A stretch of 64,000 nt of DNA from Rebecca billardiae RCC1528 (lineage: Eukaryota > Protista > Haptophyta). Position 1 is the first letter of the stretch; each line of letters opens with the position of its first letter. Position numbers and translations under genes: made by a program. The stretch spans positions 868,001-932,000 of the forward strand of contig OZ251233.1 of the NCBI GenBank assembly GCA_965240325.2, written 5' to 3'. Shown here one piece after another: positions 47,173 through 57,540 of this stretch. The notes under the pieces were generated by a model. That model did not search any database, was not told the DNA's origin, and was given only the letters and a program-made list of their open reading frames with translations.

Positions 47173-49467
47173 TCAGTCGTACTCGTCGTCGATCCCGAGA
47201 TCATCATCACTCTCGTCGTCGAGTCCCGCCAGCGCCTGGTCCCCCCACTCCCACGCCTCACTGCCCTCCGAGGGGTCCGACTCGTCGCCGTCGGCGCTGT
47301 CGAGCTCGCCAGCAGCGGCGGCGCCGCGTGGGTACACCTGCTTGTAGAGCTTCTTGCTCGGCGCTTGGCGCGCGTGGATCCGCACCTGCTCCGTGTACAC
47401 TTGCGCCACCAAGCCGTCGTCCTCCGCCCACGTCGCGCGAACGACGTGCGCCGTCGACGGCGCAGGCGCCGCCGGGCATCCGCCCGCGAGCGCGGACGCG
47501 CCGTCGGCGCCGCCGGCGCCCTCGAGCGAGTAGCGCACGTACTCGGCAGGGTCGTCCTCGTCCCGCGCGGGGCCGCCTTCGCACACGTACAGCTCGCGGA
47601 GTGCGCAGAGGTTCGGCAGCGCGCGCACCGCCGCGTCCCCGACGCCGAGGCCCTCCAGGGAGAGCCGCGCGAGCGTGCGCGGCAGGAGCGCGAGGACCTC
47701 GGCGCCGAGGGGCAACCCGCCGGGCGGCGGCGGCTGCTTCGGATTGAGCTGCTTGAAATAGCCGCCCTTGTACTTGGGCTTGGGCTGCTTGTACACGCGG
47801 AGCTCGAGCGACTCGAGCGCCGGCGCGCCCGGCAGCACCTGCGACAGCACGAACGCCAGGTTGTCCGCCGCGTGGTCCGGGTACGTGGGCGTGGCCGCGT
47901 TGCGTCGCAGCGGCTGGCCCCGGTGCAGCGGGCCGAAATCGCTTGGCTCCGTGTCGTTGTGGTACTGCGCCCAGCGCATGCGCAGGCTGAGCGAGCGGAG
48001 CGCGCCGAAGAGCGGCGCGCCGGCGTGCCCGGCGCGCGCCGGCGCCGGGTGCTCGCGGGCCCACTCCTTCGCCTCGCGCGTCTCGCGCAGCCGCGTCGCC
48101 TGCCGCCACACGTCGCCGCACTCAAGCCGCGCGCTCAGCGCGCGCAGGTTGGGCAACGCGCGGCCAAGCAGCAGCAGCGGCCGGAGCTCGAGGCCATCCG
48201 GGTACGGCCCCTTGGACTGGTCGTGCGCGAGCCAGTGCGCGAACCCGGCCCCGCGCACCACCAGCGCGTTGAGCGCGACCAGCCCCGGCGCCACCACCTT
48301 GCCCTGCCGCACGTCCCGGCCACTCGCGCCGCCGCCGGCGAGCGCAGCCACCAGCCTGGCCGCGCTGTCCTCGCAGTTGAGCAGCGCCGTGGGCAGCGCG
48401 AGGGAGCGGAGGCGCGGCGTGGCGCGCAGCACGGCCTCCCACTCGTCGACGCCCATGAACCCCTCCTCCACGTGCAGCGAGAGCAGGCTGCCGAACCAGG
48501 GCAGCTTCGCCATCCCGAGCAGAAGGCCCCCGGGAGAAGCGTGCGCGTGTGCGCTGTACTGCGAGCCCGCGCGCACACGCACGGACGTCACGGCCGAGCC
48601 GAGGTGGCGCGCGATGGAGAGGGCGCGCTTCGCGTCGGGGCCGGTGGCGCCGAGCGGCCAGAACGCTAGCTCGTGCACCGCGCCCGCGGGGATCATCCCC
48701 CGGAGCCGCTGCAGCCCCTCGCTGCTCGGCCAGAAACGGTCGGGGAATTTGAACGCGCTCTCGCGCTTGTCTTGCTCGCGCATCTTGCCGCGCCCCCTCC
48801 GATGGGGGGCGCGCACCTGCTCGAGCTGGCGATCGGCGAGCTCGAGGCAGGTCCAGAGCTCGGGGAACGCGCGCAGCGCGCGCCACTCCTTGCTCACGCA
48901 CGTGGCGCACGTCAGGCGCTCGCGCAGCGGGAGGTGGCCGCCGCCCGCGACGAGCACGAGCACCTGCAGCAGCAGCGGCAGCCCCGCGTCGGCCGGGTGC
49001 GCGCCGTCGACGGCGGCGGCGACCTTGGCGAGCGAGGCGCTGAGCGCGCGGGCGTCCTTCTTCCGCTGCGCTTGCGCCGCCTTCGTCGCCGCCTTCTTCG
49101 ACTCGCGCGCCGCCTCGGCCGCGAGCATGGCGCTCTTGAGCGCGACGAGCGTCGACCGATGCTTCGATCTCGGGATGTCGTCGTCGAAGACGATCTCGGA
49201 CCACGGCGAGCGATCGACGCCGAAAGCCATGAAGCTCTGCTGCACACGGCCGCCGCCCTGCAGCGTGCTCGGCAGCACGCAGCCGAAGCACTTGAAATGG
49301 TTGGACGCGCCGTCGACGCCGGTCGGCCGGTTGAAGCGGAGCTCGCCCGGCTGCATGGCCTTGTGGCATGACTCGCACTTGCAGCTGCGCGGGCCGACGG
49401 TCTGGATGTAGTTGACCCCCCCAAGGTGCTCCCTCATCGGCAGCTCCCAAAACGGCGCGTCCATCAT
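47173..49467 (-). CDS. Protein with PARP-type zinc finger, F-box-like motif, degenerate LRRs and acidic tail (764 aa)
   Basis: RSCKCESCHKAMQPGELRF...NHFKCF (CxxC...HxxC); LPLLLQVL...LPLRERLTCATCVSKEWRAL...PELWTCLEL (F-box-like); repeated LPNLRAL/LESLEL/LARLSL/LRELYV units. Confidence 0.75.
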   Translation of the reverse strand: MMDAPFWELPMREHLGGVNYIQTVGPRSCKCESCHKAMQPGELRFNRPTGVDGASNHFKCFGCVLPSTLQGGGRVQQSFMAFGVDRSPWSEIVFDDDIPRSKHRSTLVALKSAMLAAEAARESKKAATKAAQAQRKKDARALSASLAKVAAAVDGAHPADAGLPLLLQVLVLVAGGGHLPLRERLTCATCVSKEWRALRAFPELWTCLELADRQLEQVRAPHRRGRGKMREQDKRESAFKFPDRFWPSSEGLQRLRGMIPAGAVHELAFWPLGATGPDAKRALSIARHLGSAVTSVRVRAGSQYSAHAHASPGGLLLGMAKLPWFGSLLSLHVEEGFMGVDEWEAVLRATPRLRSLALPTALLNCEDSAARLVAALAGGGASGRDVRQGKVVAPGLVALNALVVRGAGFAHWLAHDQSKGPYPDGLELRPLLLLGRALPNLRALSARLECGDVWRQATRLRETREAKEWAREHPAPARAGHAGAPLFGALRSLSLRMRWAQYHNDTEPSDFGPLHRGQPLRRNAATPTYPDHAADNLAFVLSQVLPGAPALESLELRVYKQPKPKYKGGYFKQLNPKQPPPPGGLPLGAEVLALLPRTLARLSLEGLGVGDAAVRALPNLCALRELYVCEGGPARDEDDPAEYVRYSLEGAGGADGASALAGGCPAAPAPSTAHVVRATWAEDDGLVAQVYTEQVRIHARQAPSKKLYKQVYPRGAAAAGELDSADGDESDPSEGSEAWEWGDQALAGLDDESDDDLGIDDEYD

Positions 49468-49622
49468 CGCCTCAGCGCGCCTCGAGCCCCTCTGTCGGCT
49501 CGATCCGTGGGGGGCGGCGCGCGGCGCCGCGCTTGCCGATCGAGATCGTAGGTATTTGATGGTCCTTTGATCGTACCTAACGCCGATACTGTAAAGTAGG
49601 CACGCTCAATCAAGGGTGTCCG

Positions 49623-50675
49623 CGCTGCGCACAAGCTGGCCGGCATGGTCGACCTGAAGAACCTCAAGTGCGATCACACGGGCTGCACCATGGGGCCTTC
49701 ATTCGGCATGCCGGGCGACGCGCGCGCCAGCCGGTGCGCTGCGCACAAGCTGGCCGGCATGGTCGACCTGAAGCACCCCACGTGCGATCACACGGGCTGC
49801 ACCACGCAGCCTGCGTTCGGCATGCCGGGTGACGCGCGTGCCAGCCGGTGCGCTGCGCACAAGCTGGCCGGCATGGGCGACCTGAAGCACCCCACGTGCG
49901 ATCACACGGGCTGCACCACGCAGCCTGCGTTCGGCATGCCGGGTGACGCGCGTGCCAGCCGGTGCGCTGCGCACAAGCTGGCCGGCATGGTCGACCTGAA
50001 GAGCCGCAAGTGCGATCACACGGGCTGCACCATGGGGCCTTCATTCGGCATGCCGGGCGACGCGCGCGCCAGCCGGTGCGCTGCGCACAAGCTGGCCGGC
50101 ATGGTCGACCTGAAGCACCCCAAGTGCGATCACACGGGCTGCACCACACGGCCTTCATTCGGCATGCCGGGCGACGCGCGCGCCAGCCGGTGCGCTGCGC
50201 ACAAGCTGGCCGGCATGGTCGACCTGAAGAGCCGCAAGTGTGATCACACGGGCTGCACCACGCGGCCTTACTACGGCATGCCGGGTGACGCGCGCGCCAG
50301 CCGGTGCGCTGCGCACAAGCTGGCCGGCATGGTCGACCTGAAGAGCCGCAAGTGCGATCACACGGGCTGCACCATGCAGCCTGCGTTCGGCATGCCGGGC
50401 GACGCGCGTGCCAGCCGGTGCGCTGCGCACAAGCTGGCCGGCATGGTCGACCTGAAGCACCCCAAGTGTGATCACACGGGCTGCACCAAGCAGCCTCACT
50501 GCGGCATGCCGGGCGACGCGCGCGCCAGCCGGTGCGCTGCGCACAAGCTGGCAGGCATGGTCGACCTGAAGAGCCGCAAGTGCGATCACACGGGCTGCAC
50601 CATGGGGCCTTCATTCGGCATGCCGGGCGACGCGCGCGCCAGCCGGTGCGCTGCGCACAAGCTGGCCGGCATGAA
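49623..50675 (+). repeat. 114-bp tandem repeat array, 9 full units plus a partial 5' unit
   Basis: Units start at 49645, 49759, 49873, 49987, 50101, 50215, 50329, 50443 and 50557 and are near-identical at DNA level. Confidence 0.95.
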
Positions 50676-50994
50676 GCGCCATCGGAGTTCAGGTCGGCAC
50701 AAGCGCGGGCTGCAGCAAGACATGAAGAGCCCCAACGAAGTGACGAGCGCCGCCAAGCGACAGCGGAAGCGCGCCAGCAGCACAGCCACTGCTCCGGACG
50801 TTGTGGCAGCGCGACGGCCGCGATCATCGCAGCTGCCGCAGCTGGTCACAGCCAGCGTTGTCTCGACGCCGTCGTGTGTACGACCCGTGGTGATGGCCAG
50901 GCGTGTGACCGGGGGGAGCGGGCCTGAGCAGCAGCATTATCACAGCTGCGTCGTCGTCAGGACGGCAAGGGCACCCGGCACCGTGAGGTACTAG
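49645..50994 (+). CDS. EsV-1-7-type cysteine-rich repeat protein (9 x 38 aa) with basic C-terminal tail
   Basis: Repeat MVDLKxxxCDHTGCTxxPxxGMPGDARASRCAAHKLAG fits the EsV-1-7 pattern (C-x4-C...P.FG...C..HK..GMVD); NLS-like AAKRQRKR. Confidence 0.85.
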   Translation: MVDLKNLKCDHTGCTMGPSFGMPGDARASRCAAHKLAGMVDLKHPTCDHTGCTTQPAFGMPGDARASRCAAHKLAGMGDLKHPTCDHTGCTTQPAFGMPGDARASRCAAHKLAGMVDLKSRKCDHTGCTMGPSFGMPGDARASRCAAHKLAGMVDLKHPKCDHTGCTTRPSFGMPGDARASRCAAHKLAGMVDLKSRKCDHTGCTTRPYYGMPGDARASRCAAHKLAGMVDLKSRKCDHTGCTMQPAFGMPGDARASRCAAHKLAGMVDLKHPKCDHTGCTKQPHCGMPGDARASRCAAHKLAGMVDLKSRKCDHTGCTMGPSFGMPGDARASRCAAHKLAGMKRHRSSGRHKRGLQQDMKSPNEVTSAAKRQRKRASSTATAPDVVAARRPRSSQLPQLVTASVVSTPSCVRPVVMARRVTGGSGPEQQHYHSCVVVRTARAPGTVRY

Positions 50995-52140
50995 GTATAG
51001 GGCTGTCAACCGTCCCTGACTCCCTGATGAGGCCTGAGTCTCTGACTCCGTCACCGGAGGCCCTTCACCGTGATGGCACCGCGTAGCTTGAGTCGCACCG
51101 CGGCCGGGCTGACGGTGCGGCGGTGCCGCCGCGTCGGACGCCTGTCGCCGTGAGCTGCCCACTGATAATGAGCTGCGGTCGGAGCGACGGCGATATCGAG
51201 GGGCCGGCAGACAGAGGCTTGGACCTTATTGCTTGGGTAGGTCTACAGAGGCACTCAGCTTGGACAGGCAGAGGCACTCAGCTGGTCAGCAGTGTCCGCC
51301 AGTGAGCAGACATCATGCAGCGACTGCCGAATTACTATTAATTTACTGCTGGGCCATGCGGGCATGCCGGCGGCACCACGTCCACCGTCCACATCATCCG
51401 TCACTCAATCCGTGCTCGCCACCGTGCTGCAGCTGCTACTCAGGCCACTGCCCGCACTGGCACTGCGCGCTGGACCGGACTGACTGAGTCTGAGACTGAG
51501 ACTGAGAGACAGAGTCTCAGTGTGACGACGAGTGAGAGTCAGCGCATTGCCATTGTCAGCTGACTATATATGTGGGGTTATTGGTACAATAACTGATTGT
51601 CTAAGAGGACGACAAGAACGCCGGGCGCCAGCGCCGCTCATCAGCCACATCGCCCTCTACCAGACCATCGCCTCAAAGCGCTGCTCCCGGACAAACAGTC
51701 TGTCCGGGTTTGTCGCCGCGGAGATCTGCTGTTTCCGGCGCCCCCTGGCTGCTTCGCCAGGCGCGGGCGCGCGAGATGGCTGCAGCCGGGCTCGTGGCCC
51801 TGCGTCGCCGGCGGCGGCGGCTCGCACGCGGGTGGCGCGTCGCGTGCACCGACCAACATCTTTCGGTTGGCGTCGGCGTTCACGAGGACGGCTAGACATA
51901 TATATATACTCAATGCCGACCCACTGCCGCTGCGCATTCCACTGCCCCGCATGCACCCCGAGTCACCTGCAGAATCAAGCTGTATGAGCTGACGATGTCT
52001 GCTGATCCAAACCGCCAGGCCGCCCACCGCGCCGGCCGACCGCCGGCAGCCCACGATCTGGCGGGATCACAGGGATCACTGGGTCGCTGGGATGCGTCCG
52101 CAGTAGATACGACGGATGCCAGGCGCTGCGGCGGACGCTC

Positions 52141-53257
52141 CTACGAATCATCACGCAGCCTGCGCGGCCCAGCAGACGCCGCCGGCCTCGCCGCCGCCGC
52201 CAGCTGGCGCGCGCGCGCCTTGCCCAGCCGCACGTCTCGCACGGACGCGCCAAACTCGAGCGCGGCGCGCGCCTCCTCCGCGTGCGACCTGCCCGGGTGC
52301 ACGCACACGACCATCACCATCTTGGTCTCGCGCGAGAGCGCGCCGCGGAGCAGCTCGGTCAGCCGCGAGCGCCCGTACTCGATCTGGTCGGGCGGCGTGC
52401 GCGCGGCGTGCGCGCGCATCACTTCGCGCAGCGCGCCGAGCGACGCGTGGATGTGCCGCGCCTCCGCCGCGCGCGCGGCCGCGTCGGCCGCGTCGGCGCC
52501 GGGCGAGGCGGCGGTGTGCGCGTGCGGCGGCGCGGCCTCCTCCGAGCCGGCCAGGTCGATCAGGTGCATCCGCCCGCCGAGCCGCGCGCCGGTCAGCCGG
52601 TTGGTGCACGCCGCATGCACGATCAGCGCCGTGTGCGATCGGCTGCTGAGCGTGTTGTGCTCGGTGGGCGCGCGCGCGCGCAGGGAGTTGCCGATGGCCA
52701 TGACGGTCATGATGTCGTCGACGGAGCGGACGCGCGCGCTGAACAGCCCGCCGCGCGCGGGCGCCGCGCCGCCCGCCGCTGGCACCGCCGGGGCGTCGCC
52801 CTCCTCCCCTTCCCACCGCTCGACCGCACTCAGCTCGAGGCGACGGCCGCTCGTGGGCGGCGCGCGCGCCGCGTCGCGCTCGGCCGGCCCCGCGCGCGCG
52901 GCGCCGGGCTCGTCGTCTGCCATCGCCTCGCCCATCAAGTCGTGGCACTCGTCGTTGTAAATCTCGACCATCGAGACGCGCACGCCCACCTCCCACTCCG
53001 CCCGCCTCCGCTCCGCCTCGTCCAGCAGCTCGTGCAGCGCGCGCGGGTTCACGCCACGCTGCGCCACCGGCCCCACCATCGTGTGCGTCTTTCCCGAGCC
53101 AGTCGGGCCGTGCGCGAAGATGCAGACGTCAAAGCCGTCGAGGACGGAGGCGACGAGCGGGCGCACGTGCTCGTACACCTCCGCCTGCGACGCCTGCGGG
53201 CCGAACACCGCGTCGAACTCGAACTCGGCGCCCGCATCCGCGCCGCCGGGCGCGCGC

Positions 53258-53315
<58 letters not shown>

Positions 53316-54348
53316 CCGCCACCGTGCGGCCGCTGCCGCCGGCGCCGGCGCCGGCGCCGGCGCCGGCCACCGCCACCGTGCAGCCGTCCGCGCCGACGGC
53401 GAGCGGCGCGTCCTCGGGGAGCGCGTCGGCGCGGCCGGCGAAGGGCGGGCGCACGCGGCACACGACGCGCACGTTGCCGTGCATGTCCCGCAGCTCGCGC
53501 GAGAGCTGCCGCCGCGCGCCCACCTCGCGCTCATACCGCTCGAGAACGTGCGCGGCGCGCGCGCGCTCAGCAGCGCACTGCCCCTCGGCGGCGCGCGTGG
53601 CCGAGTGCGCGTCCGCGAGCGCGTCGCGCAGGGCGGCGGCGCGCTGGCGCTCGGCGGCGAGCTCGGCGCGCGCGCGCTCGGCCTCGAGCACCGCAGACGC
53701 GCGCGCCTCCTCGCTCTCCGCGAGCGCGCCGCGCAGCTCGGCGGCGGAGCCCTGCTCGGCCTCCAGCTGCACAGACAGCCTTCCGGCCTCGGCCGCGAGA
53801 CGCTCCGTGTCCGCCGCGAGCGCGACGACCTGCTCGGCGAGCTCATCGCGCTCGGCGACGACCGCGCTCAGCTCGGACACGCGCTGCCGCTCCACGCCGA
53901 GCTCGGCGCCCAGACGCTCCGCCTCGCGCCGCCGCGCCGTGTCGCGCTCGCGCAGCTCGTCTCGCTCGCCGACCGTCTGCTGGAGCACGCGCACGCGTGC
54001 GCGCTCGGCGTCGAGCTCGGCGAGCACGCGGTCGAGGTCGGCCTGGCGCGCGCCGACGCGCTGCACCAGCTCCTCCGCGCGGAGCCGCTCGCGCTCGAGC
54101 TCGGCCCCGAGCGCCTCGAGCTGCTCGTCGCGCGAGAGCAGAGCGTCCTCGAGCCGACCAATCTGCTCGTGCGAGCGGCTCACCGAGGCGTTGGAGCGCG
54201 CGAGCGCGGCGCTGAGCATCGAGACGTGGCGCTCGATGTCCTCGCGCGTCCACTCCCCGCCGGCGACGCCGCCGCCGACGCCGCGCGGCGGCGGCGTGGC
54301 GACCTGGGCATGGGCCTTCGCCGCGGAGGGCGGCGTGCACGCAGCCAT
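52141..54348 (-). CDS. Kinesin-14-like protein (N-terminal coiled coil, C-terminal motor), divergent
   Basis: GNVRVVCRVRP neck, FEFDAVF, IFAHGPTGSGKTHTM (P-loop), VSMVEIYND, SSRSH (switch I), LIDLAGSE (switch II). Confidence 0.9.
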
Positions 54349-54461
54349 CCTGTGCCTGTCCGGAGCCGGTGCGTCTGCATGCCGTTTGAACCTTTTTATT
54401 CGATCTTATTTATTTTCTTCTCGGGCCCAGCGGCCGGCGGCCGTTGAGAGCTCAAAGCGGA

Positions 54462-55370
54462 ATGCCCGACGAGCCGTCCTCCTCCGCGCTTGGGCGCGTG
54501 CTCCAGCGGCACGAGAGCTCGCGGGGCTTGGGTGAGGCCCACGACGACGCCGAGGAGGACCAGGACCTGCCTGGCGAGCTACCCGAGCCGGCGCCCGCAG
54601 CGTACGACGACGCCGACCCCCCGGCCGCGTCGCGGCCGGGCACGGCTCGACGGCTCGCGGCGGCGGAGCGCACCGTCGCCGGCGACCTGGAGGAGCGCGA
54701 GGAGGAGCTGCGCGAGTCGCTCGAGCGCGTCCGGCAGGGCTTCGATACGGCGCTCTCCGGCCTGCGCGAGTGGCGCGAGCAGCGCGCGTCGGAGGACGCT
54801 GAGGAGCGTGCGCGGCTCGCTCGCGATCTCGAGGCGGACTCGGAGGCAGCCCTCGGAGGGCAGCCGCCGTCGGCGGCGCTCGAGGCGCTGCAGGAGGAGA
54901 TCCGCGCGTCAGAGGCCGTGCGTGCCGACACGTTGCTCGCAGCGAACGGCGTGCTGCGCGCGCGCAACGCGGCGGAGCGCGTCCACGAGAGCGTCGACGC
55001 CGCAGCCAGCTGGCGGCCGAGGGCGGGCGTCGCGGCGCGCGCACACGCCATCGTGAGCGCGCGCGTCGACGTCGACTCCTCGACGCCTGAGGGCATCGAC
55101 GCGCTCGGCGGCGAGGACCGTGCGCTGCAGCAGACTCTGGAGCGCGAGCTGCTCAAGAAGTACGGGCTGCTCCCGGACGCCGCGCCGGCCAGCGCGAAGC
55201 AGCCTGCGGCCGCGGCGCCGGGCGCGAGCGGCGGCAACATGCGCGAGCTGACGCGCATCAAGCTCGAGTTGTCCAAGTACAGCGCCGGCGTGGAGTACGT
55301 CCTCAGCGAGCTCGGCGCGGATGCTGCGCCCGCACCGGCCAGTGCGCGCGCGAGCCGAGCTGAGACATGA
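54462..55370 (+). CDS. Hypothetical acidic coiled-coil protein (~302 aa)
   Basis: ATG 54462; Glu/Leu/Ala-rich helical composition and G/C-ending codons like neighbouring genes; no recognisable family motif. Confidence 0.65.
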   Translation: MPDEPSSSALGRVLQRHESSRGLGEAHDDAEEDQDLPGELPEPAPAAYDDADPPAASRPGTARRLAAAERTVAGDLEEREEELRESLERVRQGFDTALSGLREWREQRASEDAEERARLARDLEADSEAALGGQPPSAALEALQEEIRASEAVRADTLLAANGVLRARNAAERVHESVDAAASWRPRAGVAARAHAIVSARVDVDSSTPEGIDALGGEDRALQQTLERELLKKYGLLPDAAPASAKQPAAAAPGASGGNMRELTRIKLELSKYSAGVEYVLSELGADAAPAPASARASRAET

Positions 55371-55710
55371 CGGAAGTCACGGAACGCCTTGGACATCAAC
55401 TTCGGTGGCACAGTACAGTTCGTCAGTGCGAGTGATGACAATCATTGTCACCGTCACATTGATTTTGACTCTTTGAGTTTGAGTGAAGTTGAAAGATGAG
55501 TGACGAGTGAAGGTCCGCTGCGGTCCGGTGCGGTCCCGGTCCGGCGGTGCTCCCGGACTGCGGGCCGGCGCCTACCGAGCCGTGCGCATTTGTGCGCAAG
55601 CACGCGATCGACTGCCCAGCTTTGTGATCACAAAGCTCAAAGCGGATGATCGATCGAGATCGCTTCGCACAGCGTCGACTCGTGGTGCTGCGGACGCCCG
55701 CGCGCGAACG

Positions 55711-57540
55711 ATGAAGCCGTGCTCGACGCGCCCGCCGCCGGCAGCGCCGAACGACACGCGCGCGTCGGAGCACGACGATGACGACGGCAAGTTCCGCGTC
55801 GGCATCATCGGCGCCGGCGTCGCCGGCCTTCAGCAGGCGCGCGCGCTCAAGGAGCGCGGGATCGCGTGCGTCGTCTTTGACGGCGCGCCCGCGCCCGGCG
55901 GGCTGTGGCGCGAGAACTACGCGGGGTACGGCGTGCAGGTGCCGTCGCAGCTGTACGAGTTCCCCGACTTCCCCTTCAAGCCCAAGGCCAACGCGCTCTC
56001 CGACCTCTGCAACCAGGACTACCCGTCGGGCGCGGCGGTGCAGGAGTACATCGAGGCGTACGTGGACGACTTCAAGCTCGGCCCGCTGCTCGAGCTGCGC
56101 ACGCGCGTGCTCAAGGTGGCGCGCCGCGCGCAGGGTGGCTGGGACTTCACCACCCAGCGCGTCGACGACTCGGGCGCGCCCAAGGGCGCGCCCCGCACGC
56201 GCCGCTTCGACTACTGCGTCGTCGCGACCGGCATGTACTCGTCCACAAGCGCTTTCGTGCCGGAGATCGGCGGCGTGGAGGCGTTCGCGCAGGCGGGCGG
56301 GCAGGTGCTGCACAGCTCGCAGTTCACCGACGCCGCGCTCGCGCGCGGCAAGCGCGTGCTCATCGTCGGCGGCGCCAAGTCCGCGATCGACTGCGCGATC
56401 GCCGCGGCGAAGGCGGGCGCCACCTCGACGACTCTCGTGCACCGGCACGCGCACTGGGGCACGCCGCGGCTGATCGCGTGGTTCCTCCCGTTCCAGTACG
56501 TGTTCCTCTCGCGCCTCGGCCAGCTCCTCGTCTCGCTCTTCAAGGGCGCCCTCCCCATCGGCGCCTCGGGCTGCCTGCAGTGGTTTGCGTCGCTCTCGCT
56601 CGTCCACTTGTGCATGCGCTTTGTGTTCCGAATTGTCGAGGAGCTCTTCGCGCTGCAGCTCGCGCAGTACGGCTCGTACCGCCCCGAGCTGGACGTGGTG
56701 GCGGACTTCTACGGGTTCGGGTGCGTCCTCTCCCCCGAGTTCAAGAAGATGCGCGCCAGCCGCGAGATCGTGCTCGTGCGCGGCCACGTGGACCGCGTGG
56801 AGACCGGCAGCGATCTCGCGGCGGGAGATGCGGTCGTGCGCGAGCGGCCGGCGCCCAAGTGCTGCTGGGGCGGCAAGGCGGCGTCGGACCGGCTGGCGGG
56901 CGGCGCGCTCGCGTACGCGGAGCTGGAGGACGTCGAGGAGCGCGGCGTGCCGTGCGACCTCGTCGTGTGCGCCACCGGCTTCCACAAGTCGTACGCCATC
57001 TTCTCGGCGGAGGAGCAGGCGAAGCTCGGGCTAGGCGGCGGCGCGCTCGCGGACGGGCTGTGGCTCTACCGGCACATCTTCCCGCCGGACTCGCCCGGAC
57101 TGGCGTTCTGCGGCTCGGAGGTGGCGACCATCTCGAACATCGCGACGCACGCGATCCACGCCGAGTACATCGCGCGCGTGATCAACGCCGAGCTCGACCT
57201 CCCGCCCGCCCCCGAGATGCGCGCCGAGATCGAGTCGATGCAGGCGTGGAAGCGCTCTTGGATGCCGCACACGGCCTCGCGCGCCGGGCTCGTGCTGCTG
57301 CACCAGACGCACTACCACGACCAGCTGATGGCGGACATGGGGCTGCCGTGGGCGCGGAAGGGGAACCCGCTCGCCGTCGCGCTCATGCCGTACCAGCCGC
57401 GCGACTACAGCGGCGTCATCGGCGCGCCGAAGAACGGCGGCGGCAAGAACGGCGGCGGCGCCGCCAAGCCCACCAAGCGCGGCAAGAGCGCGGGCGCCGC
57501 GCCGCCGGGCATTGACAAGAAGGTTTCGTTCAACGTGTGA
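55711..57540 (+). CDS. Flavin-containing monooxygenase (class B, FMO-like), ~609 aa
   Basis: VGIIGAGVAGL (FAD Rossmann), PGGLW, VVATG, FAQAGGQVLHSSQF (FMO-fingerprint-like), VLIVGGAKSAID (NADPH site), VVCATGF. Confidence 0.9.
   Translation: MKPCSTRPPPAAPNDTRASEHDDDDGKFRVGIIGAGVAGLQQARALKERGIACVVFDGAPAPGGLWRENYAGYGVQVPSQLYEFPDFPFKPKANALSDLCNQDYPSGAAVQEYIEAYVDDFKLGPLLELRTRVLKVARRAQGGWDFTTQRVDDSGAPKGAPRTRRFDYCVVATGMYSSTSAFVPEIGGVEAFAQAGGQVLHSSQFTDAALARGKRVLIVGGAKSAIDCAIAAAKAGATSTTLVHRHAHWGTPRLIAWFLPFQYVFLSRLGQLLVSLFKGALPIGASGCLQWFASLSLVHLCMRFVFRIVEELFALQLAQYGSYRPELDVVADFYGFGCVLSPEFKKMRASREIVLVRGHVDRVETGSDLAAGDAVVRERPAPKCCWGGKAASDRLAGGALAYAELEDVEERGVPCDLVVCATGFHKSYAIFSAEEQAKLGLGGGALADGLWLYRHIFPPDSPGLAFCGSEVATISNIATHAIHAEYIARVINAELDLPPAPEMRAEIESMQAWKRSWMPHTASRAGLVLLHQTHYHDQLMADMGLPWARKGNPLAVALMPYQPRDYSGVIGAPKNGGGKNGGGAAKPTKRGKSAGAAPPGIDKKVSFNV

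Noticed and set aside
49623-50675. 114-bp array as a CRISPR array
   Set aside because: Unit length is 3n, it encodes a Cys/His protein repeat, there are no unique spacers, and there are no cas genes.
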